DNA from: an uncultured delta proteobacterium
GTDB lineage: Bacteria > Desulfobacterota > Syntrophobacteria > BM002
Length of the DNA stretch: 64,000 nt
Direction of reading: 5' to 3'
Assembly (NCBI GenBank): GCA_963712115.1
Contig: CAVQGX010000006.1
Span: 21,662-85,661, forward strand
Position numbers and translations under genes: made by a program. Under the pieces are notes generated by a model. That model did not search any database. It had not been told where the DNA came from and saw only the letters and a list, made by a program, of their open reading frames with translations. Shown here one piece after another: positions 19,299 to 27,779 of the stretch (the first letter of the stretch is position 1; every line of letters begins with the position of its first letter).

Positions 19299-19913
19299 AT
19301 GGAGCAGAAATACATCAATGAGGAGAAGGTGCGAGAGACAGTGGCTTTTCACGGCCACATGTGCCCGGGGCTTGCCATTGGCATCCGGGCAGCGGAGGTG
19401 GCCTTGCGAGAAATCGGCCCCCACGCCCATGATGAGGAAGTTGTGGCAGTGGTGGAGACCGACATGTGCGGGGTAGATGCTATCCAGTTTCTCACCGGTT
19501 GCACCTTTGGCAAAGGCAATTTAATTCACCTGGACTATGGCAAAAACAGCTTCACCTTCTTTCGCCGCTCAGATGGGAAGGGTATTCGCCTTGTCACCAG
19601 AGGGGAAGCGCTGGATGCACCAGACCCTGAATGGGAAACCCTCCGAAGCAGGCTTGGTGACGAAGACCTGACTCAAGAAGAACGGGATCGTTTCCGGCAT
19701 TTGCATGAGGCCCGCTCCAGGCAGATCTTGGAGATCCCTTTGGAAAATCTTTTCGAGGTCAAGAAGCCGCAGGGCAAGATCCCCAGCCACGCCCGCCTTA
19801 TGGACAGCATCACCTGCGAGTCCTGTGGCGAGGGAGTGATGGAAACCCGCACCCGGCGCTTTTCGGGGAAGACAGTCTGTATTCCCTGTTTCAATGAAAT
19901 GGAGCAGCGCTAG
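19299..19913 (+). CDS. FmdE family protein with C-terminal C4 zinc finger
   Basis: FHGHMCPG, CGVDAIQ, GCTFGKGN, CESCGE...CIPC. ORF track opens at 19242. Confidence 0.9.
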   Translation: MEQKYINEEKVRETVAFHGHMCPGLAIGIRAAEVALREIGPHAHDEEVVAVVETDMCGVDAIQFLTGCTFGKGNLIHLDYGKNSFTFFRRSDGKGIRLVTRGEALDAPDPEWETLRSRLGDEDLTQEERDRFRHLHEARSRQILEIPLENLFEVKKPQGKIPSHARLMDSITCESCGEGVMETRTRRFSGKTVCIPCFNEMEQR

Positions 19914-19920
19914 CCGCAGA

Positions 19921-20210
19921 GATACTAGGCACTAGGGACTAAGCACAAGGCACCGTCTAGTCATTTGCTTCGCCGTCATTAGGCCTACGGCCGTCATTAA
20001 GTTGTTTCAGCGCCACAATTAAAGTTAACTATGAATGACAGGGTAACGAAACTGGGAACCCGCTTGTCGTTGATGCCGGTTGCGGTGCGGGACTGAGCGG
20101 TGCGCAGCGAGGCTAGATAATTGACCTAATGACCATAAATGACGCCGAAGGCATTATGACAGCGTGGCGTAATGACCTCATGACTCCTGCCGCTTGCCGC
20201 TATGCTGCTG
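19921..20210. repeat. Composite nested repeat (CACTAGG heptamers, GTCATT/AATGAC module, inner CGAAACTGGGAACCCGC module)
   Basis: Modules shared with 53274-53435 (reverse strand) and 38182-38232. Confidence 0.8.
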
Positions 20211-20367
20211 CAGTCAATAATTTTTCCCTCCCTTGAGATGTAAAGTTTCTCCTGCCTTGACGACTAAAGTGCAATTCCATCAGGTTGCTGATGGGGTTTT
20301 CACATTTTTTCCCAGGTAAAAGAACCTTTTCGGGGACTCAGAACAGAAAAAGATAAGGAGTGACATC

Positions 20368-20793
20368 ATGGATACTAAAAAGACACTGATAGCTCTGTCT
20401 GTAGGTTTTGTCGTCCTGGCCTTTGTTTCCGCCTCCTGGGCGGGCGAAACAAGGATTCCATTAGAGGCTGCCAAACCACATCCAAATGCCAGTGGAACAG
20501 CCTATCTGAGTGGGGATAGCTTGAGCGTCCATGCCAAGGGGCTTCAACCCGGCTCGGTCTACACTGTCTGGTTTGTAAATATGAAGCCGAGGAAGCACGA
20601 AACCGGAGCGGGAACTGCGCCCTACATGTTCAAGACCGACTCCAGGGGATATGGAGCATATGCTGCCACTCTGTCGGAATCTCCATTTGGAGAGTGGCAA
20701 ATGATAATGATCGTCCTTCACCCCAATGGGAACCCTAATGACATGAAGAATATGAAGGGCGCCCTGAAAGCACCGATCCCTGAGACTGGATAA
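20368..20793 (+). CDS. Exported hypothetical protein
   Basis: AAGGAG RBS, signal peptide ending SWA, own terminator. Confidence 0.8.
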   Translation: MDTKKTLIALSVGFVVLAFVSASWAGETRIPLEAAKPHPNASGTAYLSGDSLSVHAKGLQPGSVYTVWFVNMKPRKHETGAGTAPYMFKTDSRGYGAYAATLSESPFGEWQMIMIVLHPNGNPNDMKNMKGALKAPIPETG

Positions 20794-20805
20794 GGGTCAA
20801 TTTGT

Positions 20806-20840
20806 GGGAGAGGAGAGGCCTCCTCTCCCCTTCTTTTTTT
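20806..20840 (+). terminator. Intrinsic terminator
   Basis: GGGAGAGGAG-AGGC-CTCCTCTCCC followed by a T-rich tract. Confidence 0.8.
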
Positions 20841-21054
20841 CTTCACCTTCGTCTTTATCTCCCATCTCATTTTATCGCTATGCTCTATGCGCTCTGCGCT
20901 ATGCGAAGAGGGCTGGCACACCATTTGCCTATTAGATGATGCGCTAGATCTATTCAATGGTTGAGCAAGATGCGGTTTTCCCTTAGTTAGAGCCCCCTTG
21001 GGCTCCTTGCCGAGGCCAGGTGAGAGTGTAATCTTGTGCCTTTGGAGTATAAGT

Positions 21055-21879
21055 ATGGATACATTTAGGTCTCCCAAAAGACACCACTACTCCAGAACGG
21101 AGGTTAGGTGGGAGGTACATTTTTTCACTGACCATGGCCATATGGAGGGTGAAACCGTTAACATCAGCCCAGAGGGGGTAATGGTCTCCTGCAAGGAATT
21201 GCCTCCCTTGGAGGACAATTTTCGCCTGGTAATCCGACCACCCGACCACTACCCTCTGGACCTCACCGGCAGGGTAGTGTGGACTACCATCTGTAACCCC
21301 GTCAGTGGTGCGGAGAGTATCGGTGTTGACATTCAATTTATGTCAATAGGGGAAAAAGATAGACTCTATCTCCAAGGATTAATTAGTGGACACTTCGAGA
21401 AAGAGGTTGGAGAAATTGGTGAAAACCTGATGACTCGCCCGGAGGTGGTCACAGAGAAGGGGCTGGGACCGACTAAGGCGCCGCAAATTGCCGACATTAG
21501 CTTGCCGGTGTTCTACAATAAGGGGGGGAAAACTGTGCAAGCCGTTGGTAGTCGGTTTTCCACCAAAGGCTGTCACATCTACACCAGGTTGGCACCCCCC
21601 AAGGGGACGGTTTTTTCCTTACAGGTGAAAAATCCTCGAACCGGTAAATCCATACAGGTGGACAGCTCGGTGGTTCAATGTAAGCGCTGTCTCATCAAAA
21701 ATCATTGGGGCATGATCCTCCGTTTCATGAATCTTAGCGGCTCGGAAAGGGAGGAGATTCGGCAAATCTTGGAAGAGGCCTCCACTGCCGCCAAGCCAAA
21801 TAAGGAACCCAAGTACATAAAGAGCAGGATAGGACAGGCGCTCCTGAAACATTTTGGCAGAAAACGTACTGTACACTAG
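21055..21879 (+). CDS. Tandem PilZ-domain protein
   Basis: KRHHYSR...NISPEG, GRVVW, GVDIQF. Second degenerate domain RFSTKG...GMILRF. ORF track opens at 20998. Confidence 0.8.
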   Translation: MDTFRSPKRHHYSRTEVRWEVHFFTDHGHMEGETVNISPEGVMVSCKELPPLEDNFRLVIRPPDHYPLDLTGRVVWTTICNPVSGAESIGVDIQFMSIGEKDRLYLQGLISGHFEKEVGEIGENLMTRPEVVTEKGLGPTKAPQIADISLPVFYNKGGKTVQAVGSRFSTKGCHIYTRLAPPKGTVFSLQVKNPRTGKSIQVDSSVVQCKRCLIKNHWGMILRFMNLSGSEREEIRQILEEASTAAKPNKEPKYIKSRIGQALLKHFGRKRTVH

Positions 21880-21983
21880 CCATTGTCACTAGGCACATTT
21901 AACATTTATCCTTTCTCAGATCTAAAAATGCAAAGCCACACGAGGTTCAATCACGGCCTGGCCCCAACCGAACCTCCGCGCCC

Positions 21984-22133
21984 CTACCTCATGTTCTCTT
22001 GAAGATAATTCTTCACCGTCCTTCGATCCAATCCTGTCCTCCGAGCTACTTCTTGATAAATGCCATACCGCTGGTAGAGGAGAGTGCAGTTCTCTTGCCT
22101 CGAGGGTTTCCGTGTGAGAAGATAGGGGGCATC
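21984..22133 (-). pseudogene. Orphan C-terminal HTH fragment of a transcriptional activator
   Basis: Manual translation DAPYLLTR...CTLLYQRYGIYQEVARRTGLDRRTVKNYLQENMR*, with no recognisable upstream activator domain. Confidence 0.55.
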
Positions 22134-22143
22134 TTTGTTTAGC

Positions 22144-22270
22144 CGGATGTTTCATGAATTCTGCGAGACCGCGGATATGGCCGTCCTTCCGGGTCAGGTA
22201 GCCTCAGGTACCGCGGTCCCGGTGGCACGCCCATATTCGCGGTCTCGCCACGAAATTCATGAAACATCCG
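22144..22270. repeat. Palindromic element, family B (long form)
   Basis: Perfect 17-bp arms CGGATGTTTCATGAATT / AATTCATGAAACATCCG. Inner arms GCGAGACCGCGGATATGG / CCATATTCGCGGTCTCGC. Confidence 0.85.
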
Positions 22271-22282
22271 TGAGTTTTACTT

Positions 22283-22474
22283 ATGACCATAAGAACAAAA
22301 TGCATTATCACTCTAATACTCTTGGCCATGGTGGACACCGTAATTCCCCTCCCCATTATAGGAGCGATCCTCATATACGTTCTGCTTCAGAGGCCGCCAT
22401 GGTTCAGAAATGTTGTTGCGGACATCTACAGGGACGGACCAGGCTCAATAGAGGGAGGAATAAAAGGAGGATAA
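22283..22474 (+). CDS. Small membrane protein
   Basis: 63 aa, hydrophobic hairpin then RPPWF; abuts the next gene. Confidence 0.6.
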   Translation: MTIRTKCIITLILLAMVDTVIPLPIIGAILIYVLLQRPPWFRNVVADIYRDGPGSIEGGIKGG

Positions 22475-22477
22475 GAT

Positions 22478-22930
22478 ATGCGTAAGATATTGCTGATCCT
22501 AATGTCACTTTTCTTACTTGTTTCAATCGCTTATGCTGATAACGGGCTCATCAGCATAAAAAGCCCTTACGATGTAGAAAAGACGGCGGACCGCCTCGAA
22601 AATGCTTTAAATGAAAAAGGTATGACCGTCTTTATCAGGATCAATCATGCCGAGGGTGCTCGCAAGGTGGGAAAGAACTTGCGCCCAACCGAATTAGTTA
22701 TATTTGGCAATCCGAAAGTGGGCACACCACTGATGCAGTGTGGCCAGAGCGTTGCAATCGATCTTCCGCAGAAAGCTCTGATTTGGGAAGACGAAGCTGG
22801 GCAAGTATGGTTGACTTATAATGATCCAAACTATCTGGCCAATCGTCACAACCTGGCGGGATGTGATGAAGTCATAAAGAAAATAGAGAAGGCGTTGGGC
22901 AACTTTGCCAAGACTGCAACTATGCCATAA
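22478..22930 (+). CDS. DUF302 family exported protein
   Basis: Signal peptide, INHA, FGNPKVGTPLM, IDLPQK. Confidence 0.9.
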   Translation: MRKILLILMSLFLLVSIAYADNGLISIKSPYDVEKTADRLENALNEKGMTVFIRINHAEGARKVGKNLRPTELVIFGNPKVGTPLMQCGQSVAIDLPQKALIWEDEAGQVWLTYNDPNYLANRHNLAGCDEVIKKIEKALGNFAKTATMP

Positions 22931-22937
22931 ACCACAA

Positions 22938-23033
22938 ACCTAACAATTTGATGTATCCAAACCCGCCTTGAGCGCTGCCGCAGCCTCGGGCACGGCCTCG
23001 TTATGCGGTTGTTGAACACGGCTGCTGTTATAT
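22938..23033 (+). other. Solitary attC-like site (tentative)
   Basis: ACCTAAC (RYYYAAC) 7 nt after the DUF302 stop, ends GTTATAT, 96 bp, imperfect internal dyad. Confidence 0.35.
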
Positions 23034-23120
23034 GATAGCCTGCCTGTATTCTGTCTAACCAGGTGGAACGGTAATGCCTGCAAAATTCTGACCTTTGACA
23101 ACCATAGAGGGGGCACGTAA

Positions 23121-23921
23121 ATGAATAAAGAACGTCTCAAGAAGTTGGCTGAAGATCCTCGATTCATCCAATCCATCTACAACTACTGCGACCGATGGTG
23201 TGAGCGCTGTCCGTTCACCGCACGCTGTTTGAATTTTGCTCTCGATGAGGAGGACTTCGACCACCTGGAGACTCAGGATTTAGATAACGAAGCCTTCTGG
23301 AAAAAGTTATCAGAGACCTTTCAAATGACCCTGGAACTACTGGAGGAAGCGGCAGAGGAGCAAGGAATAGACCTAGATTCCCTCGATACGGAGGAAGTCG
23401 AAGAGGAAGATAGATTAAACGACGAATTGGCCAGAGATCATGAATGCTCTCGCATGGCTAAACTCTACAGTGAAATGGTTGATGATTGGTTGGATTCAGC
23501 CAGAGACCTTTTTTCCTCAGAGGAAGAAGAACTTTCTGCTGACGAATCGCTTGAACCACTGGACAACAGCCCGGCTGAAAAAGATGACGGCTTGCTGGAG
23601 CCAGTGGAAGTTGTCGGCTGGTATCAGCACCTGATTTACGTCAAACTCATGCGGGCGATCCGAGGGGAGTTGTTAGAGGAACCAGAGATTCTTGATGAAT
23701 ATCCTAAGGACTCGGATGGGTCGGCTAAAGTCGCATTAATCGGCATTGACCGTTCCATTGCTGCCTGGGGAGAGATCCGCAACCTTTTTCCCCACCGGAG
23801 CGACCAGATCATGGACATTCTCCTTCACCTCGAACAATTACGGAGGAAAGCAGAAAAAACATTCCCCGATGCGAGAGCATTCATCCGACCTGGGTTCGAT
23901 AAAATTGATCTGAATAGCTAG
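23121..23921 (+). CDS. Acidic hypothetical protein with N-terminal cysteine cluster
   Basis: YNYCDRWCERCPFTARC; C-terminal FIRPGFD; 266-aa ORF with RBS. Confidence 0.8.
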   Translation: MNKERLKKLAEDPRFIQSIYNYCDRWCERCPFTARCLNFALDEEDFDHLETQDLDNEAFWKKLSETFQMTLELLEEAAEEQGIDLDSLDTEEVEEEDRLNDELARDHECSRMAKLYSEMVDDWLDSARDLFSSEEEELSADESLEPLDNSPAEKDDGLLEPVEVVGWYQHLIYVKLMRAIRGELLEEPEILDEYPKDSDGSAKVALIGIDRSIAAWGEIRNLFPHRSDQIMDILLHLEQLRRKAEKTFPDARAFIRPGFDKIDLNS

Positions 23922-23924
23922 AAA

Positions 23925-24129
23925 GGAGACAGGAGTCAGAATCAGAATTCAGTAGGCAAAGAGCATAGAGCAGAGGGCATAGGGTTAAAATTTCGAAATA
24001 CGAAATCCGAAATTACCACAGTGCCTAGTGCTTAGTCCGCTAGTGACCTAGTTGAAACGGTCTGCTTGCTGTCGGCTGTCCGCTGCCTGCTGGTCGCTTG
24101 CACTATGCTCCATGCCTCATGGTCCATGC
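23925..24129. repeat. Mosaic of degenerate heptamer arrays
   Basis: AGGAGTC/AGAATTC, AGAGCAT/AGGGCAT, CGAAATM, TGCCTAG, GCTGTCS and CYATGCY runs. Confidence 0.8.
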
Positions 24130-25341
24130 TTAACTGCTGCCTCCTGACTCCTTCCCTTTGACCAATTCTTTGGTGTACTGGAAGGCGCCGTCTCGCTCGA
24201 TCCAACGGTCGCCCTTTCTCTCCAGAATCCAGCCACTGTCTTTTTTGCCACCAAAGGGTAGGCGAAGGGGCGTGAAGAGAAAATCGGGATTATCATATAC
24301 CATGCCGAAGTGAGCCTGAAATGCCTCCCTTGAATACTCAGTTGGAGATCCGAAAAAAGCCAAGAGAAAGCCATATTTGGTTTGAATTAACTCCTGTGCC
24401 AAGGCTTCCTCATGCTGGAAGGGACTGAGGACGAGAAATGGGCCGAATAGTTCCAGGTCTGGAATTTTATCCACGTCCATCTCCAGAACCAGAGGAAAAA
24501 CCAACTCTCCCTCCATCCCTCCAGCGAGCAGGCGAGCCTCTGAGCACTGTTCTAAGGCCCTCTCAAGAATCGCCCTGGTTCGTTCCACCCGAATCGGTCC
24601 AATATCAGTATTTGGATCTAAAGGATCTCCAACTTTGAGATTTCCCGTAAACTCCAAGATCTGGTTGCGTACCTCTTGGTACAGATCCCTGTGAATAAAG
24701 GCCTTTTTCAGGGTAGTGCAGTATTGACCACCGTTAATGAAAGCCCGCCGTGCTATAAACCTGCTCGCTGCCTGAATATCAGCATCCTCAAATACTACAG
24801 CCACGGGCATGCCGCCCGGTCCAGCGAAAAAGAGTTTATCAAAGGCGCGATGCTCTTTCCGGTATGCTTCTCCCACTGCCGAGGCCCCCGAAATAAATAG
24901 AACCCGGACCGCTTCATCCTCCACGCATCCCCGGCCAAAAGCCCGGTTGTTATTACCTATAACCGGTTGGAAAGCTTTCAGGGGCTTGCCAATCTCCGCA
25001 ATCAGATTCGCCGAACGGGGGGTTTGCGAGGAAAAGCTAAACCTCAGTTGGTTTCCTGTGAGGAGCGCCGCACCACCAAGACGCGCCAACATAACAGTCG
25101 GGGCATCATAAGGAAAAATAGCAGCAACGGTTCCGTATGGTCGGCCATTTTCCAACCACTGGATCTCCTCTTCCATGGTATTGAGATGCTGAACCGCCAA
25201 TTCCACTTCAACGGAGGTGATTTTCACAGGAAAGCCAGCGTCCAATGCCGCGGCTTCCAGAAAATCCGCTTTTCGACTTTCGAGACTTCTCGCAAGGCCC
25301 TTTATGTCATTCAGCCGCTTGGTATAGTCTATACTTGACAC
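24130..25341 (-). CDS. Atypical aldehyde dehydrogenase family protein
   Basis: FINGGQYCTT (catalytic Cys), ELFGP, PFGGKKDSG. GGAGG RBS before GTG 25341; the ORF-track extension to 25794 runs through a repeat. Confidence 0.85.
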   Translation of the reverse strand: MSSIDYTKRLNDIKGLARSLESRKADFLEAAALDAGFPVKITSVEVELAVQHLNTMEEEIQWLENGRPYGTVAAIFPYDAPTVMLARLGGAALLTGNQLRFSFSSQTPRSANLIAEIGKPLKAFQPVIGNNNRAFGRGCVEDEAVRVLFISGASAVGEAYRKEHRAFDKLFFAGPGGMPVAVVFEDADIQAASRFIARRAFINGGQYCTTLKKAFIHRDLYQEVRNQILEFTGNLKVGDPLDPNTDIGPIRVERTRAILERALEQCSEARLLAGGMEGELVFPLVLEMDVDKIPDLELFGPFLVLSPFQHEEALAQELIQTKYGFLLAFFGSPTEYSREAFQAHFGMVYDNPDFLFTPLRLPFGGKKDSGWILERKGDRWIERDGAFQYTKELVKGKESGGSS

Positions 25342-25374
25342 TGGTACACTCCTCCCTGCTAAATAGGGACACAG

Positions 25375-25590
25375 TAAAGAATCCGGACCCAAAGGATCCG
25401 GCTTTGGGCTGCCCAAGTGAAAGGCACAGGATTCAAGGCACAAGGCACATGGTAACAATAGATTTTGAATATTCTTTTCTTCCCTGCGCCCTACGCCTTG
25501 CGCCTTAAGCCTAAGATCTCTTCGGCTGGCAAAGCCGTTGAACTCTGACCCGACCCTAAGGACCTGGTTTTCGATGATGAATAAATCTAC
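25375..25590 (+). repeat. Dispersed repeat family C, copy 2
   Basis: Colinear with 13301-13533. Confidence 0.85.
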
Positions 25591-25740
25591 ATGGATTTTA
25601 CAAAATGGCAAGCGTTTCCCCCAATACCTGCCGAAAATCCCCTCTTCCTGTCGGGGGAGTGCCCGACTAACTAGCTTGGAAAGAGCACCTGCGTTATACT
25701 TTACGACCGTAGTGCTCAACAGAGGGGCGGAATCTCGACC

Positions 25741-26505
25741 ATGACTCCTTCTCCAGACTTCATCAAGGTATGGAAGGATAAATATACAATCCATTCATAC
25801 CAAGTAGATATCAAAAGCAAGGCAACCTTAGTAGCCTTGTGTCAGCTCTTGCAGGAATCGGCCTGGCAGCATGCCGAACATTTAGGGCTTGGGTTCTCCC
25901 ATTTGAAGGAAAATAACTTTATCTGGGTCTTAGCTCGACAGCTGATTAGGATTAGCTCCTATCCCAAATGGGGGGATAACATCGAGGTCCACACCTGGCC
26001 CACAGGAAAGGACAGAATCTTTTGCTACCGTGACTTTAGAATCATAGACCCTAGTGGCTCCATAGCCGCTGAAGCTACCACTACCTGGTTTGTTATTGAC
26101 CAAGTTAATAGAAAGCCACAGAAAACAGCTCTCTATTATCACTTGGAACTTCCAGAAGAGGTTGAATTTGTCTTTCCTGATCGGTTAAACAAATTGGATC
26201 CTCTCGATTCAGAGGATTTCACCAAGTCGATTCAGGTTTCTTACGGGGATTTGGACATGCACAAGCATGTAAATAACCTGAGATATGTAGAGTGGATGTT
26301 CAATTGCCTCCCCCTCGAATTTCTGAGCACTCATATTTTAAAGGAAATAGAGATTAACTATATGTCTGAAGCGTCATATAAGGATGAAATCGCGGTGAGT
26401 TATGAAAAAAAAGGAAAATCAAACTTCTTCCACACAATAAGGAGAAAAAGAGACAATACAGAGATTTGCAGAGCCAGAACAGTCTGGGAGCAAAGCGGAG
26501 GGTAG
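25741..26505 (+). CDS. Acyl-ACP thioesterase (FatA/FatB-like)
   Basis: Double hot-dog pattern, WVLAR, DLDMHKHVNNLRY. Confidence 0.9.
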   Translation: MTPSPDFIKVWKDKYTIHSYQVDIKSKATLVALCQLLQESAWQHAEHLGLGFSHLKENNFIWVLARQLIRISSYPKWGDNIEVHTWPTGKDRIFCYRDFRIIDPSGSIAAEATTTWFVIDQVNRKPQKTALYYHLELPEEVEFVFPDRLNKLDPLDSEDFTKSIQVSYGDLDMHKHVNNLRYVEWMFNCLPLEFLSTHILKEIEINYMSEASYKDEIAVSYEKKGKSNFFHTIRRKRDNTEICRARTVWEQSGG

Positions 26506-26510
26506 TTGAG

Positions 26511-26984
26511 ATGGAAGGGGAGCCGGAGAAAAAAGATGGTTATCTCATTGGCGTGATATCGGACACCCATGGTCACCTACGAGCCGAGGCGGCCGAGGCT
26601 TTAAAGGGTGTAGACCTGATCATTCATGCTGGTGACATAGGTAAGCCCGAGGTGCTTGCGGCATTGGGAAAAATAGCCCCTGTCCATGCTGTGCGCGGAA
26701 ACATGGATGGCCATTGGGCCTTTGGGCTGCCTGAAACTGAGGTAGTAGAATTAGGAGATTTTTTGCTCTACGTGCTCCATGATGTTTTTCGCCTCGACAT
26801 AGACCCGGTTGCAGCCGGCTTTGTCGCAGTGATTAACGGTCACACTCACACCGCAGCCATAGAGAACCGCAAGGGTGTTCTCTATCTAAACCCTGGCAGT
26901 GCCGCATCTTTCAGGTCACCCGCCACAATTGCCCTCCTGCGCATACGGGGTAACTCATTGCAAGCGGAAGTGGTGGAGGTCTAG
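26511..26984 (+). CDS. Metallophosphoesterase (YfcE/MJ0936 family)
   Basis: SDTHG, HAGD, VRGNMD, GHTH, NPGS. Confidence 0.92.
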   Translation: MEGEPEKKDGYLIGVISDTHGHLRAEAAEALKGVDLIIHAGDIGKPEVLAALGKIAPVHAVRGNMDGHWAFGLPETEVVELGDFLLYVLHDVFRLDIDPVAAGFVAVINGHTHTAAIENRKGVLYLNPGSAASFRSPATIALLRIRGNSLQAEVVEV

Positions 26985-26992
26985 TTAACAAT

Positions 26993-27547
26993 ATGAGCCC
27001 TGTTCTGACATCCTGTCCAAGAATTGGAGGACGGAAATTTTTTCTCCTCAGGCCTGCAGTACTTGGGGTGATTCTCTTATTGTTTTCTCCCTCCTGCTCC
27101 AAAGAAGACGAAGCTGAGAAAATCCGCAGTTTAATCAAGGAAGGGGCCGAGCTCGCCGAAAAACACGACCTGAGTGGGCTGATTAAATTTACCACCGAGG
27201 ACTTTGTTGCCCAGCCCGGTAAGCATGATAGTCGAGAGGTCAGGAGGATACTCTGGTTCGCCTTCAACCATTATGGCAATTTCAGAATCATGTATCCTGA
27301 GCCAAGTGTCGATCTTGGGCCTGAAGGTCGAGACGGTTCAGCCAGAGTTTATTTCTTGATCGTCAAAAGAGAACAATCCGCGCCTAAAGTCAAAGACCTG
27401 TACAAAGATCCGAAGGGCTGGATTGAAGAGGTGGGTGAAAGTGCCGATCTCTATCGACTCAGCCTTGACTTGTTGAAAGAAAATGGAGATTGGTTGGTAA
27501 AAGGAGCCCTGCTTGAGCCTTTCAGGGGAACTGGATTCAGTGGCTAG
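26993..27547 (+). CDS. Putative lipoprotein, NTF2-like
   Basis: Hydrophobic stretch followed by SPSC; C-terminal KENGDWLV. Confidence 0.7.
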   Translation: MSPVLTSCPRIGGRKFFLLRPAVLGVILLLFSPSCSKEDEAEKIRSLIKEGAELAEKHDLSGLIKFTTEDFVAQPGKHDSREVRRILWFAFNHYGNFRIMYPEPSVDLGPEGRDGSARVYFLIVKREQSAPKVKDLYKDPKGWIEEVGESADLYRLSLDLLKENGDWLVKGALLEPFRGTGFSG

Positions 27548-27610
27548 CAGATGGTTGACCACAGAGAGACGGAAGCCACGGAGGATATAGATTATCTCCG
27601 GCCTGGAGAC

Positions 27611-27779
27611 AGTTAGTGTCAGTCGTCCGTTGTGGGTTCACTTCGTTCAGCGCTTCGAGCATGGCGCTTGGCGCATGGAGTTTTCGTTTTAGCCCTCTGC
27701 TCCATGCTCTATGCCCCATGCCTTACAACGGACTACTGACCACGGACCATGGACAATATTAGGTGAGATATCCGGGTTA
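27611..27779. repeat. Nested inverted heptamer arrays ending in a family-B right arm
   Basis: GTCAGTCGTCCGTTGT / ACAACGGACTACTGAC enclosing GCATGG / CCATGC arrays; ends ATATCCGGGTTA. Confidence 0.75.

Noticed and set aside
20047-20111. Hammerhead ribozyme (CGAAAC and CTGA words)
   Set aside because: The core reads CTGAGCG rather than CUGANGA, and there is no stem III or UH cleavage triplet.
19921-20210. CRISPR array
   Set aside because: Repeat units are 6-7 nt and degenerate with no regular repeat-spacer period; no cas genes. The same applies to all other arrays.
23121-23921. Radical SAM enzyme
   Set aside because: CxxxCxxC spacing is present, but the remainder is short, acidic and helical with no GGE or barrel motifs.
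25342-25794. Long N-terminal extension of the ALDH
   Set aside because: It crosses the family C repeat and overlaps the thioesterase; a good RBS sits at GTG 25341.
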